A stretch of DNA of 32,000 nt from Methanocaldococcus jannaschii DSM 2661 (GTDB taxonomy: Archaea > AGJL01 > Methanococci > Methanococcales > Methanocaldococcaceae). The stretch's first letter is position 1, and the number at the start of each line of letters is the position of its first letter. Shown piece by piece: positions 10,209 to 19,854 of this stretch. The translations under genes were made by a program, and so were the position numbers. The notes under the pieces were generated by a model. It was not told where the DNA came from and ran no database searches. It saw only the letters and a program-made list of their open reading frames with translations. Where the stretch lies: the NCBI RefSeq assembly GCF_000091665.1, contig NC_000909.1:1404118-1436117 (forward strand). Direction: 5' to 3'.

Positions 10209-10739
10209 ATGTCTATGAGAAAAATTTACCTCATCTCTGATACGCATTTTAACCATGCAAATATTATAAAATACTGCAATAGACCTTTTTCAAATGTTGA
10301 GGAGATGAATAAAACTCTAATAAAAAATTGGAATAATGTGGTTAGGGATAAGGATATTGTTTATTTTTTAGGGGACTTGATTTTAAGCAAAAATAAGGCA
10401 AAGAAAGCAAGAGAACTTTTAGAGTTGTTAAATGGGGAGATTGTTTTTATAAGAGGAAATCATGACAAGTTTGGTGAGAAGTTTAGAGTTATTGAATATA
10501 ACGGCTATAAATTCATGCTAATTCATAATCCAGACAGCTCTTATACTTTAAACTTCGATGGTTGGATAATTCATGGGCATCATCACGCAAACCATTTAGA
10601 TGAATATCCATTTATTAATCCCAAAAGGAAGAGTATTAATGTTTCTGTAGAAGTTATTAATTATAAACCAGTTAGCTTAGATTTAATCGTAAAATTGATA
10701 GAAAAAGGAAAAGTCGTTAGAACAATAAATGATTTGTAA
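10209..10739 (+). CDS. Calcineurin-like metallophosphoesterase
   Basis: YLISDTHFNHANI...YFLGDLI...FIRGNHDKFG...LIHNPDSSY...IIHGHHH. Start could be the internal ATG at 10215. Confidence 0.9.
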   Translation: MSMRKIYLISDTHFNHANIIKYCNRPFSNVEEMNKTLIKNWNNVVRDKDIVYFLGDLILSKNKAKKARELLELLNGEIVFIRGNHDKFGEKFRVIEYNGYKFMLIHNPDSSYTLNFDGWIIHGHHHANHLDEYPFINPKRKSINVSVEVINYKPVSLDLIVKLIEKGKVVRTINDL

Positions 10740-10822
10740 AAGTATTTAATAAATTTAAGTTTTTAGTTTTTATTATTTTATTTTTAGTTTTTAATAGAAA
10801 ATTTTATAATTCAGGTGATATT

Positions 10823-11596
10823 ATGGAAAAACCAGTTATATGTAGAATAAAAGAAATAATAGAAGAAAGCCCAACAGTAAAAACATTTGTAGTAGATAAA
10901 GATTTTGATTTTAAGCCGGGACAGTTTGCAATGCTTTGGCTTCCGGGAGTTGATGAAAAACCATTTGGATTTTCTTCTAAAAATAGTTTTAGTGTTGCAA
11001 GAGTTGGAGAATTTACCAAAAAAATGCATGAACTAAAAGAAGGAGATATAATAGGAGTTAGAGGGCCTTATGGAACATATTTTGAGCCAATAGGAGATAA
11101 GGTTTTGGCAGTTGCTGGAGGTATTGGAGCTGCACCAATTATAACAGCAGTTGAAGAATTTTCAAAGCAGGGAATTGAAATAACAACCATATTAGGGGCG
11201 AGAACTAAAGAAGAGTTATTATTTTTGGATAGATTTGAAAAAGTTAGCAGATTAGAGATTTGCACAGATGATGGTAGTTTTGGATTTAAAGGTTTTACAA
11301 CTGAAAAAATGAAAGAAGTCCTTAAAGAAGAGAAATTTGATTTAATTATAACTTGTGGGCCAGAAATAATGATGAAAAAGGTTGTAGAAATAGCAAATGA
11401 ATATAATATTCCAGTTCAGGTTTCAATGGAGAGGTATATGAAGTGTGGTATAGGTATTTGTGGGCAGTGTTGTGTAGATGATGAGGGACTTTGTGTTTGT
11501 AAGGATGGGCCAGTATTTTGGGGAGATAAGTTGAAATTTATTAGAGAATTTGGGAAGTATAAGAGAGATGCAAGCGGTAAGAAGATTTATTATTAA
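10823..11596 (+). CDS. pyrK: Dihydroorotate dehydrogenase B electron transfer subunit (PyrK-like)
   Basis: Ferredoxin reductase-like FAD/NAD fold (GQFAMLWLPGVDEKPFGFS, VAGGIGAAPI) and C-terminal 2Fe-2S Cys motif KCGIGICGQCCVDDEGLCVCKDGPVF. Confidence 0.88.
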   Translation: MEKPVICRIKEIIEESPTVKTFVVDKDFDFKPGQFAMLWLPGVDEKPFGFSSKNSFSVARVGEFTKKMHELKEGDIIGVRGPYGTYFEPIGDKVLAVAGGIGAAPIITAVEEFSKQGIEITTILGARTKEELLFLDRFEKVSRLEICTDDGSFGFKGFTTEKMKEVLKEEKFDLIITCGPEIMMKKVVEIANEYNIPVQVSMERYMKCGIGICGQCCVDDEGLCVCKDGPVFWGDKLKFIREFGKYKRDASGKKIYY

Positions 11597-11626
11597 CATT
11601 ATAAGGTATTGATATTTAGTTTTGAT

Positions 11627-11647
11627 CAACCTTTTCTAAAAAGGTTG
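11627..11647 (+). terminator. Perfect 9-bp hairpin between pyrK and fae-hps (possible terminator or processing signal)
   Basis: caacctttt(11627-11635)-cta-aaaaggttg(11639-11647), followed by ttcgggg; lies 31 nt after the pyrK stop. Confidence 0.4.
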
Positions 11648-11717
11648 TTCGGGGAGTATATAGAGATGCGAGTGGAAAATTGTTAAATTTTAAATAAAAT
11701 AGCTACAAGGGATTAAT

Positions 11718-12863
11718 ATGATAAAATTTGGAGAAGCAGTTTTGGGAAATGAAATTAAGGCAATAGTTAATGTTGCATTAGGGAAAGGAGAGTTAATTGA
11801 GAATACCTTTACAAATGCTTTAACAAGAGGAAATTGTGTTTTTGCCAATTTAAGACCTAATTTAATAGTTAAACCATTAACCTTAGTTGTTCCAAGGCAT
11901 AATATAGAGAGTGAGATACAGGATGAGCTATTTCAGGGAGTTATTCAGTATGCAGTTGCCAAGGCAGTTGCTGATTTAGATTTAGATGAAGATTTAAAGG
12001 TTGTTGTCTCTGTTAATGTCCCAGAGGTTCCAATAACCAATTTAAATAAAAGAAAACTCTTCCAATACTTCTATGCCTCAGCAAAGTTAGCTATAAACAG
12101 AGCTTTAAATGAATATCCTTCAAAAGAGAAGGTAAAGAAAGAGAAATATAGAGCTTTGCATCCATTAGTTGGATTTAGGGATGTTAGATTGGAGTATCCT
12201 CCATATCTACAAATTGCTTTGGATGTCCCAACTATGGAGAATTTGGAATTTTTGTTACAAACAATTCCAAATAGCGACCACATCATCTTAGAGGCTGGAA
12301 CACCACTAATTAAAAAGTTTGGTTTAGAGGTTATTGAAATAATGAGAGAATATTTTGATGGCTTTATTGTTGCTGATTTAAAAACCTTAGACACTGGAAG
12401 GGTTGAGGTAAGATTGGCATTTGAAGCAACAGCTAATGCAGTGGCAATAAGTGGAGTAGCACCAAAATCAACAATAATTAAAGCTATCCACGAATGTCAA
12501 AAATGTGGTTTAATCAGCTATTTGGATATGATGAACGTCTCTGAACCTCAAAAATTATATGATTCATTAAAATTAAAGCCAGATGTTGTTATCTTGCATA
12601 GAGGGATTGATGAGGAGACATTTGGAATTAAAAAGGAATGGAAATTTAAGGAAAACTGCTTATTAGCAATTGCTGGAGGAGTTGGTGTGGAGAATGTTGA
12701 AGAGCTTTTAAAAGAATATCAAATATTAATCGTTGGTAGAGCAATTACAAAATCAAAAGACCCAGGAAGAGTAATTAGGATGTTTATAAACAAGATGGGT
12801 TATGATATAGACACTTATAGGCTTTATTTTGATGAGGATGAGGATATAGGGGAGGAATTATGA
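11718..12863 (+). CDS. fae-hps: Bifunctional formaldehyde-activating enzyme / 3-hexulose-6-phosphate synthase
   Basis: N-terminal Fae-like domain (FGEAVLGNEIKAIVNVALG...HNIESEIQDELFQGVIQYAVAKAV) fused to OMPDC-fold HPS domain (LQIALDVPTMENLEFL, FIVADLKTLDTGRVEV, LLAIAGGVGVENVEEL). Confidence 0.92.
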   Translation: MIKFGEAVLGNEIKAIVNVALGKGELIENTFTNALTRGNCVFANLRPNLIVKPLTLVVPRHNIESEIQDELFQGVIQYAVAKAVADLDLDEDLKVVVSVNVPEVPITNLNKRKLFQYFYASAKLAINRALNEYPSKEKVKKEKYRALHPLVGFRDVRLEYPPYLQIALDVPTMENLEFLLQTIPNSDHIILEAGTPLIKKFGLEVIEIMREYFDGFIVADLKTLDTGRVEVRLAFEATANAVAISGVAPKSTIIKAIHECQKCGLISYLDMMNVSEPQKLYDSLKLKPDVVILHRGIDEETFGIKKEWKFKENCLLAIAGGVGVENVEELLKEYQILIVGRAITKSKDPGRVIRMFINKMGYDIDTYRLYFDEDEDIGEEL

Positions 12864-14452
12864 ATCTGGATGCATGGTTAGATATACAGCCAGCAAAAAA
12901 ACTTTACACAATAAAAGAGGCATCAAGAATATTAACAAAAAAGTTTGGTAAGGAAATTAAAGAGCATAATATTTCATATTTAGTGCAGTATGGAAGAGTC
13001 AATAAGTATAAAATCAAAAATAGGGTTTATGTAGATATTGATGAGGTTGAAAACTATTATAAAAAATTATTTTTTGAAAAAAGAAAAGAATGGGAAGAAA
13101 AATTGGGATTTAAATTGGATTGGGATTTAGCATTTGATTTGTTATCTGAGAAGGAGAGAACTAAACATGTTCATGGAATTCACCCATACAAAGGAAAGTT
13201 TATTCCACAATTGGTAGAGTATTTTTTAAAGAGGCATTTTAACGTTGGAGATATTATAATAGACCCGTTTATGGGTTCTGGAACAACATTAGTGCAATGT
13301 ATGGAGATGGGCATTAATTCTATTGGCATTGATATATCACCATTTAACTGTTTAATTGCTGAAGTTAAATTGCAGAAATATGATATTCAAAAATTAAAGA
13401 AAATTTTATTAGATATGCTAAATAAAACAAAGGAATTTTCAAAAAATTTAGGAGATGATGAATTTGTTAAAGAAATGGATAAATTAATTGAGAAATACAA
13501 CAAAAAATACTTTACCTTAGAATATAAAAGAAAATTATCAAAAAAAGAAATTGATGAAGATAGCTATTCCGAAAAAATCATGGAAATGTTTTATTTAGAG
13601 TATAAAAAACTTAAGGAAAAATACTGCAAAAATGATGATGAGTTTGATGACATTTTTAAAGATAAGCCATTTTTATATAAGTGGTATTCTCCAAGAATTA
13701 GGGCAGAATTAAACTTTTATTTAAATTTAATTAAAGACTGCAGAGATGAAACAATAAAAAAAGTGGCAATGATAATTTTGAGTAGAACGGCAAGGTCTGT
13801 TAGAGGAACTACTCATTTTGATTTAGCCACACTAAAAGAGCCAGTTTTTGACCCATACTATTGCTATAAGCATAAAAAAATTTGCAGACCAGTTCAAACA
13901 ATTTTAAGACACTTAGAAGAATATACAAATGATGTAATTAGTAGAATAGAAGAATTTTCAAAGATTAGGAAAGATGCATATTATTTAATCATTAATGGAG
14001 ATTCAAGGACTGTTGATATTGAAGAAGAACTAAAAAAACACCCAAACTTTTATGAACTTTATAAAAACAAAAAAATTGATGGTATTTTTACATCTCCTCC
14101 TTATTTAGGGCAGATTGATTATCATGAGCAGCATGCCTATGCTTATGAGCTTTTTGACATTCCAAGATTGGATGAGTTGGAGATAGGACCTAAATTTAAA
14201 GGTAGTTCAAAAAAAGCACAAAAAGAGTATATTGAAGGCATATCCGATGTTTTAATCAACATGAAAAGATTTTTAAATGAAGACGCAAAGATTTTCATTG
14301 TAGTTAATGATAAAAAGAACCTATATAAAGAGATTTTTGAGAAAAGTGGGCTTATTTTAGTTAGAGAGTTTAAAAGACCGGTCTTAAATAGAACAGAAAG
14401 AGATAGAAACCCATACTATGAAAGCATCTTTGAATTAAAAATGGAGGAATAG
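12860..14452 (+). CDS. Type II DNA methyltransferase, N4-cytosine-like (MjaII-type)
   Basis: AdoMet motif DPFMGSGTTLVQCMEMGINSIGIDISPFN and catalytic TSPPYLGQIDY; paired with downstream REase; N-terminal helix-turn-helix-like region. MjaII (GGNCC) identity is recollection. Confidence 0.88.
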   Translation: MNLDAWLDIQPAKKLYTIKEASRILTKKFGKEIKEHNISYLVQYGRVNKYKIKNRVYVDIDEVENYYKKLFFEKRKEWEEKLGFKLDWDLAFDLLSEKERTKHVHGIHPYKGKFIPQLVEYFLKRHFNVGDIIIDPFMGSGTTLVQCMEMGINSIGIDISPFNCLIAEVKLQKYDIQKLKKILLDMLNKTKEFSKNLGDDEFVKEMDKLIEKYNKKYFTLEYKRKLSKKEIDEDSYSEKIMEMFYLEYKKLKEKYCKNDDEFDDIFKDKPFLYKWYSPRIRAELNFYLNLIKDCRDETIKKVAMIILSRTARSVRGTTHFDLATLKEPVFDPYYCYKHKKICRPVQTILRHLEEYTNDVISRIEEFSKIRKDAYYLIINGDSRTVDIEEELKKHPNFYELYKNKKIDGIFTSPPYLGQIDYHEQHAYAYELFDIPRLDELEIGPKFKGSSKKAQKEYIEGISDVLINMKRFLNEDAKIFIVVNDKKNLYKEIFEKSGLILVREFKRPVLNRTERDRNPYYESIFELKMEE

Positions 14453-14454
14453 CT

Positions 14455-15567
14455 ATGCCACTAAGTAAAAATGTTATAGAAAAAATTAGCATTGAGACAA
14501 TAAGAGTATTAAAATCAAGATTTGATACAATATCAGATGAAGACATAAAAATAAGAAACATGCCATTCCATATGGCTTTTTTAAGGGCTTTTTATGGGAA
14601 GATTGGGATAAACGATGATACTGAAGCATTAAAGTTTTTAACTTTATCACAGTGGTTTCATGGATTAAGCACAACATTGGGGCAGAGCTACTTTGAAAAT
14701 ATTGCTCATATTTTATCTAACGGTGAAAAAAGGACATTTAAAAACTATAAAATTAAAAGAAGTGTTAGAGACAAAATATCGGAGATTATAAATGATTTAA
14801 AAAGTGGAGAAAGATTGCCAAATGTGGAAAAAGAAAATAAAGAATTAAGAGAAGCTACTTCAAAAAATTCTGAATATGTAAATGGGTTAGAATTTACTGC
14901 AGATGTTTATTTTGAAGATAAAGATAAAGTTGTAATGATTGAGTTAAAAACTGTTAGACCTAATGCTGGAGAAATGAGAGGAGAAAAACAAAAAATTCTT
15001 TATGGAAAAGCCTATATGATGGAAACAAAACCAAATAAAAAAGTTTATTATTTTATTGGCTTTCCCTATGACCCTACTGAAAATCCAGAAAATCCTTGTG
15101 GATATGATAAAGATAGATTCATGAGTAGTTTAATAGAATTTTCCAAGTATTTTGATAAAAGAGAGGTTTTAATTGCAGAAGAATTGTGGAGTTTTTTATC
15201 TGGAGAAGAAAATACTATGAAAAAAATATTGGATATTATTAATTCAATAGCAAAACCTGATTTTAAAGAAAAGTTTGATTTTATAAATACATTTCCATTC
15301 ATTAATCAAGATAGATTATACACCAAAGATGCTATTGATGAACAAAAATTCAAAAAATATATGGATATCCTTCAAGAATGGAGACTTTATTCTGAAATTG
15401 AATGTGCAAAAGCTGTAAAAGAGCTGAGTTTATTAAAATTATCTTCAAGAGATAGAAGAACTTTTGAAAGATTGATTAATAACTCAATGTTTAGTAATAA
15501 CAACAAGTATAATGAAAATAGGAAGATGAAAATATTAGAATTATACAATAAATATATGCAAAAATAG
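14455..15567 (+). CDS. Type II restriction endonuclease, TdeIII/MjaII-like
   Basis: Immediately downstream of the MTase; conserved block HGLSTTLGQSYFENIAHIL and putative PD-(D/E)XK-like core FTADVYFEDKDKVVMIELKTVRPNAGEMRGEKQKIL. Confidence 0.8.
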   Translation: MPLSKNVIEKISIETIRVLKSRFDTISDEDIKIRNMPFHMAFLRAFYGKIGINDDTEALKFLTLSQWFHGLSTTLGQSYFENIAHILSNGEKRTFKNYKIKRSVRDKISEIINDLKSGERLPNVEKENKELREATSKNSEYVNGLEFTADVYFEDKDKVVMIELKTVRPNAGEMRGEKQKILYGKAYMMETKPNKKVYYFIGFPYDPTENPENPCGYDKDRFMSSLIEFSKYFDKREVLIAEELWSFLSGEENTMKKILDIINSIAKPDFKEKFDFINTFPFINQDRLYTKDAIDEQKFKKYMDILQEWRLYSEIECAKAVKELSLLKLSSRDRRTFERLINNSMFSNNNKYNENRKMKILELYNKYMQK

Positions 15568-15576
15568 GGATTAGCC

Positions 15577-16692
15577 ATGTATGATTTTGCCATTATCGGC
15601 TCTGGAGTGGCTGGAGCCACCTTAGCCAAGGAATTGAGATATAGGTATAAAGTGGCAGTAATAGAAAAGGGAAAAAAGCCAAGTTATGCTTCAGAAGGAA
15701 AGAATGTAGAAATAAATTATGTCTATGGCTTGGGAGGGAGTGGAGTTTATTCCTTGGGAAATGCCATAAAAACAGAAATTAAGGGCTACAAAATAGACAA
15801 AGATATCTATAAAGAAATTTGGGAAGAATTAAAAATTAAAGCTCCAAAAGATGATTTTTTAAATGATATTGATAAAGCCTTTATTGAACTTGGCTTTGAA
15901 AAGATGGAGAAGTTTATAGATTTTGATAGATGCAATAAATGTGGAGAGTGTGCAAGAAAGATATGCAAAGCTAAATGGACGCCTTTAAATTATCTAAAAG
16001 AATCAAATGCAAATATAATCACTGAATTTAACATAAAAGCAATAAATTATAGCAATTATTACGAAATCTTAGATGATAAAGGTAGAAAGATTAAAGCTAA
16101 AAATCTCATAATCTCTGCTGGAGGCATTAATTCTCCAAGAATTCTAAAAAAAATGATTGACGATGAGAATATTGGAAAAAACTTATTTATAGATACCTTT
16201 GTTACTGTTGGTGGGATTTTAGAAGATAGCTATCTAAATAAAGACATCTCCATGCTTGTTTATAAGAAATACAAAAATTTCATGCTGGCAACTCATTATT
16301 CAAAACTACTAATTAACGAAATAAAAAAAGATTATAAGGATGTGAAAGAGAAAGATATTGTGGGGATTATGATAAAGATTAAGGATGAAAACAATGGAGT
16401 GGTTTTAGATAACGACGTTAAAAAAGAGATAACTAAGGAAGATTTCAAAACTCTTGCAAGAGGTATATGTAAGGCAACAAAATATTTATACAAGTTGGGT
16501 GTTGATGATATATACACAACTATACCAAGGGGTTCTCATCCAGGGGGGAGTTTAAGCTTAGTTGTTGATGAGTTTGAGGTTAGAGAGGGGTTGTATGTTT
16601 GCGATGCCTCTTTATTTAAAGAAGCCTTGGGAGTTCCGCCAATAGTTTCAATTATTGCACTATCTAAAAAATTTGTAAGGGAGATTTTATAA
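15577..16692 (+). CDS. FAD-dependent oxidoreductase (GMC-like) with internal Cys cluster
   Basis: N-terminal FAD Rossmann YDFAIIGSGVAGATLAKELRYRYKVAVIEKG; CNKCGECARKIC (C-x2-C-x2-C-x4-C) insertion; SHPGGSLSLVVDEFEVREGLYVCDASLF C-terminal GMC-like motif. Confidence 0.8.
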   Translation: MYDFAIIGSGVAGATLAKELRYRYKVAVIEKGKKPSYASEGKNVEINYVYGLGGSGVYSLGNAIKTEIKGYKIDKDIYKEIWEELKIKAPKDDFLNDIDKAFIELGFEKMEKFIDFDRCNKCGECARKICKAKWTPLNYLKESNANIITEFNIKAINYSNYYEILDDKGRKIKAKNLIISAGGINSPRILKKMIDDENIGKNLFIDTFVTVGGILEDSYLNKDISMLVYKKYKNFMLATHYSKLLINEIKKDYKDVKEKDIVGIMIKIKDENNGVVLDNDVKKEITKEDFKTLARGICKATKYLYKLGVDDIYTTIPRGSHPGGSLSLVVDEFEVREGLYVCDASLFKEALGVPPIVSIIALSKKFVREIL

Positions 16693-16746
16693 ACCATAAG
16701 CCAGAGATAAATATTTTATTGCAATATTTTTGTAGAGAGGGGTAGC

Positions 16747-18201
16747 ATGGGAATCTTTGATGTCATCTCAGGACTGTTTAAAAAGAAGCCAAAAATTGCC
16801 TATGCAAAGTCACAAAGTGTAGATTTGATTGAGTTAAAAAGAAATCCTTACTATATAGTGGCATCAGTTGAGTTAGGAAATACAACAACAAAATCCATCA
16901 TAACAGCAACAAATATGGATACTGGTAAAACCTACATTGTTAGCAAGCACGTGAAGATGACAAGGGATGTCAGAAAGCCAAAGAAAGGAGAAGAAGTTTT
17001 TGGAGAGACACTATGGGGGGTTGAATTAACAAGAGAGGCAGTTGCAGATATGGTTAAAGAGGTTTTGTTGGAGAGTTTAAAAAAAGCTGGACTAACTGTT
17101 GATGACTTACACTTTGTTGTTAGAAGTACTGGAGTTACTGCAGGTTTTGCATCTCCAGAAGAAGTTGGAGAGATGATTATTGCCTTAGCTCAAGGATGTA
17201 TGAAAGCTGGAGTTCCTCCAGCAAAGATGACTCCAGCAATGACTAAGGAACAGATACCAAAGCCGTTTGATAAATATTCTTTTTTAGATAAGATTATATT
17301 TGATGGAGCGGTTACTGGAGTTCTGCCTCCTACAGGAAAGGAGGTTGTAGCTAACGAGATGGAAGGAGAGCTTGTAACTGCAGGAATAAAAGTTGGAAGT
17401 AAATGGACAGATGTAGATTTCAGAAATCCTTGTATGAGTATTGACTTTGGAACAACCTTGGCTGGTAGAATAACTAATGACACTTTACCTTATGCAAAGG
17501 TTATTGGTAATTTATGCGGTTTAGCTGGAGCTATAGCTGATGCAATTGCAAGGGGTTCTGGAAAAATAGATGAGAAGACTGGAGCGGCTTTAGATTTAGC
17601 AAATATAAAAGGAAAGCCAAATGAAGAATTAGCTAAGGAATATGCTGAAGAAATGCACAAATATATAATTATTAAAGAAGTCCCAAAAGATGTTGATAGA
17701 TTTGGAACTGTCCCAGTAGACCCAAAGTCCGCTGAAAAGGCTGGAACTACATTAATTGGATGTGATGTTGGTAAGAATGGTAGTGATTTGATAAAATTGG
17801 AAGAATTGGGGAGGGAATTAGTTGAAAAGAGTGATATTCCAACGTTGATGTGCTGTTTAGACTATGTTATGAGTGAAGTTGTTAGAAGGTTGGTAGAGTT
17901 AGCTTATAAAAAAGGATTAATTAGTGAAAAGTCAGCTGTAGGAATTACAGGAAGGGCTGGGATTACTGGCAGAAAGCCAGAATTAATTATTGAGAAGCTT
18001 AAAACTTTAGAAATTTGGGATAAAGTTGAGGAAAATGTTGTGTTTGTTGAGGATGGCTTAGCTTTAGGTGCTTCAGTTATGGCAAGATGTATGAACTGTT
18101 TGGGAACTCCTCAAGTGCCTATTGGAGGAGTTAGGGGAGGAGGGTGTATATTAGGTTTAAGGAGAAAATGGCAAAAAGAAAGGGGTATGATAAGAGATTA
18201 A
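16747..18201 (+). CDS. Methanogenesis marker protein 14
   Basis: Long protein with ActD/ASKHA-like N-terminus VASVELGNTTTKSIITATNMDTGKTY and C-terminal MNCLGTPQVPIGGVRGGGCILGLRRKWQ, recognised as the methanogen-restricted marker 14 family. Confidence 0.85.
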   Translation: MGIFDVISGLFKKKPKIAYAKSQSVDLIELKRNPYYIVASVELGNTTTKSIITATNMDTGKTYIVSKHVKMTRDVRKPKKGEEVFGETLWGVELTREAVADMVKEVLLESLKKAGLTVDDLHFVVRSTGVTAGFASPEEVGEMIIALAQGCMKAGVPPAKMTPAMTKEQIPKPFDKYSFLDKIIFDGAVTGVLPPTGKEVVANEMEGELVTAGIKVGSKWTDVDFRNPCMSIDFGTTLAGRITNDTLPYAKVIGNLCGLAGAIADAIARGSGKIDEKTGAALDLANIKGKPNEELAKEYAEEMHKYIIIKEVPKDVDRFGTVPVDPKSAEKAGTTLIGCDVGKNGSDLIKLEELGRELVEKSDIPTLMCCLDYVMSEVVRRLVELAYKKGLISEKSAVGITGRAGITGRKPELIIEKLKTLEIWDKVEENVVFVEDGLALGASVMARCMNCLGTPQVPIGGVRGGGCILGLRRKWQKERGMIRD

Positions 18202-18493
18202 ATACCAAAAATTATATTTTTAAATTATGTCTGTAAAAATGTTATATAAATATGGTTTTAGGCGTAAAACCCCTCCCCTTATGTTTAACATTATCTAATT
18301 AAGCCATATCTCAAAGTTTATGATAAAATAGCAAAACATTTCGTATTATTCCCCCACAGGATAATATTATTAACTTATCCCCTATATATATTTTTTCATT
18401 TTTGAAAAATATGAAAAATTGATGCATATAGGTTACGCAATTTTCAATCTATAAATTTATTTGCGTTTATAAATATATGAATGACGGGATAAC

Positions 18494-19273
18494 ATGAAAT
18501 TAAGACTAAAGGTTCCACAATGGCATTACTCTTTATTAACTGACTATGAGAGATTGGCTATCTTTAAAAACGCCATAGAGAGAGTTGTAGATGAAGATGA
18601 CGTTGTCTTTGATTTGGGAACAGGTAGTGGAATTTTAGCAATGATTGCTGCAAAGAAAGCAAAAAAAGTTTATGCCATTGAGTTAGACCCTTTTACTTAT
18701 GATTATGCTAAAGAAAATATAAAAGTTAATGGATTTAATAACATTGAGATTATTGAAGGAGATGCCTCAACTTACAACTTTAAAGAGAAGGCTGATGTGG
18801 TTATAGCTGAGCTTTTAGACACTGCTTTAATTATTGAACCACAAGTTAAAGTTATGAATTCAATAATAGAAAGAGGTTTTTTAAAAGAAGATGTTAAAAT
18901 AATCCCAGCTAAGGCAATATCAACTATACAACTTGTAGAGGCAAAAATGAGCCATATCTATTATGATGAAGATATTAAATCAGAGGAAGTTTCTGAAGAG
19001 GTTATTTATGAGGAAGTTGATTTTCATAAGACAAATCCTATTGAAGTAAGCTATAATATAGAGTTAGAGCTTGAAAAAAGCTGTGAAAACTTAGGAATAA
19101 AGCTGAGAACCTATACAATATTGGATGATAAACATGTAGCTGGACAAACATCAATGCTGAATCCTCCATTGGTAATTCCATTAAATAAAAAGGTAGATAA
19201 GGGAAGAGTTAAGATAAATTTATCATACAGAAGAGGAGGAGATTTAGAGAGCATAAAAGTAAATTTGGGATAA
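18494..19273 (+). CDS. Class I SAM-dependent methyltransferase (PRMT-like fold)
   Basis: VVFDLGTGSGILAMIAAKKAKKVYAIELDPFTYDYAKENIKVNG and VVIAELLDTALI (post-motif E-rich loop). Confidence 0.85.
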   Translation: MKLRLKVPQWHYSLLTDYERLAIFKNAIERVVDEDDVVFDLGTGSGILAMIAAKKAKKVYAIELDPFTYDYAKENIKVNGFNNIEIIEGDASTYNFKEKADVVIAELLDTALIIEPQVKVMNSIIERGFLKEDVKIIPAKAISTIQLVEAKMSHIYYDEDIKSEEVSEEVIYEEVDFHKTNPIEVSYNIELELEKSCENLGIKLRTYTILDDKHVAGQTSMLNPPLVIPLNKKVDKGRVKINLSYRRGGDLESIKVNLG

Positions 19274-19275
19274 CC

Positions 19276-19854
19276 ATGATAAGTGAAGTGGTTGTAACAA
19301 CAAGAAAAAATAATAGAGACAATAAAGCCCCAATTGGTGTTTATTTTAAAGATAAAAAAGTTATTATGCATCTTTTTTCTGGCTCTCATACTTATGAAAA
19401 TCTTTTAACTGAAGATTATTTTTCAGTTAATGTGGTTCCACCAATTGAGATAGCAAAGGCAGTTTTAGATGATGAGGATGATTATCTTTATTATAATGAC
19501 ATTCCTTATCTAAAAAGCTCTTATTATGCTATATTTTACAAAGTTATCGAAAGAAAGTTTGTTGATAGGGAAGATAAATTTGGAAAAAACAGATTGATGA
19601 TTTTAGAGGGAGAGGAAATAAAGAGGATATATTTAAACAACATCCCAAAGCCATACAATAGGGCAGACGGCTTATTGGTGGAGATAGCAGTTATCTACTC
19701 AAGATTAGCCAACAAAAATATAAAAATTAATGAAGATGACAAAAAAGAGATGATAAATGACATTAGAAAATATTTCTCAATAATTAAAAAAGTTGGAGGT
19801 AGAGAACATAAACAATTAGCTGAAATTATGCTAAGAAATTTAAATTTACTTTAA
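19276..19854 (+). CDS. DUF447 family protein (FMN-binding split-barrel-like)
   Basis: [51 protein letters not shown]. Confidence 0.75.
   Translation: MISEVVVTTRKNNRDNKAPIGVYFKDKKVIMHLFSGSHTYENLLTEDYFSVNVVPPIEIAKAVLDDEDDYLYYNDIPYLKSSYYAIFYKVIERKFVDREDKFGKNRLMILEGEEIKRIYLNNIPKPYNRADGLLVEIAVIYSRLANKNIKINEDDKKEMINDIRKYFSIIKKVGGREHKQLAEIMLRNLNLL

Noticed and set aside
12860-15567. A new anti-phage defence island centred on the MTase/REase pair
   Set aside because: Flanking genes are metabolic (fae-hps, oxidoreductase, marker 14) and the pair looks like an ordinary Type II R-M system; no further defence-like genes seen.
14370-16517. Other antisense ORFs over the R-M and oxidoreductase genes (e.g. 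14370..14561, 15066..15302, 15387..15629, 16332..16517)
   Set aside because: Same antisense-shadow composition, overlapping well-supported genes, no RBS/start context.
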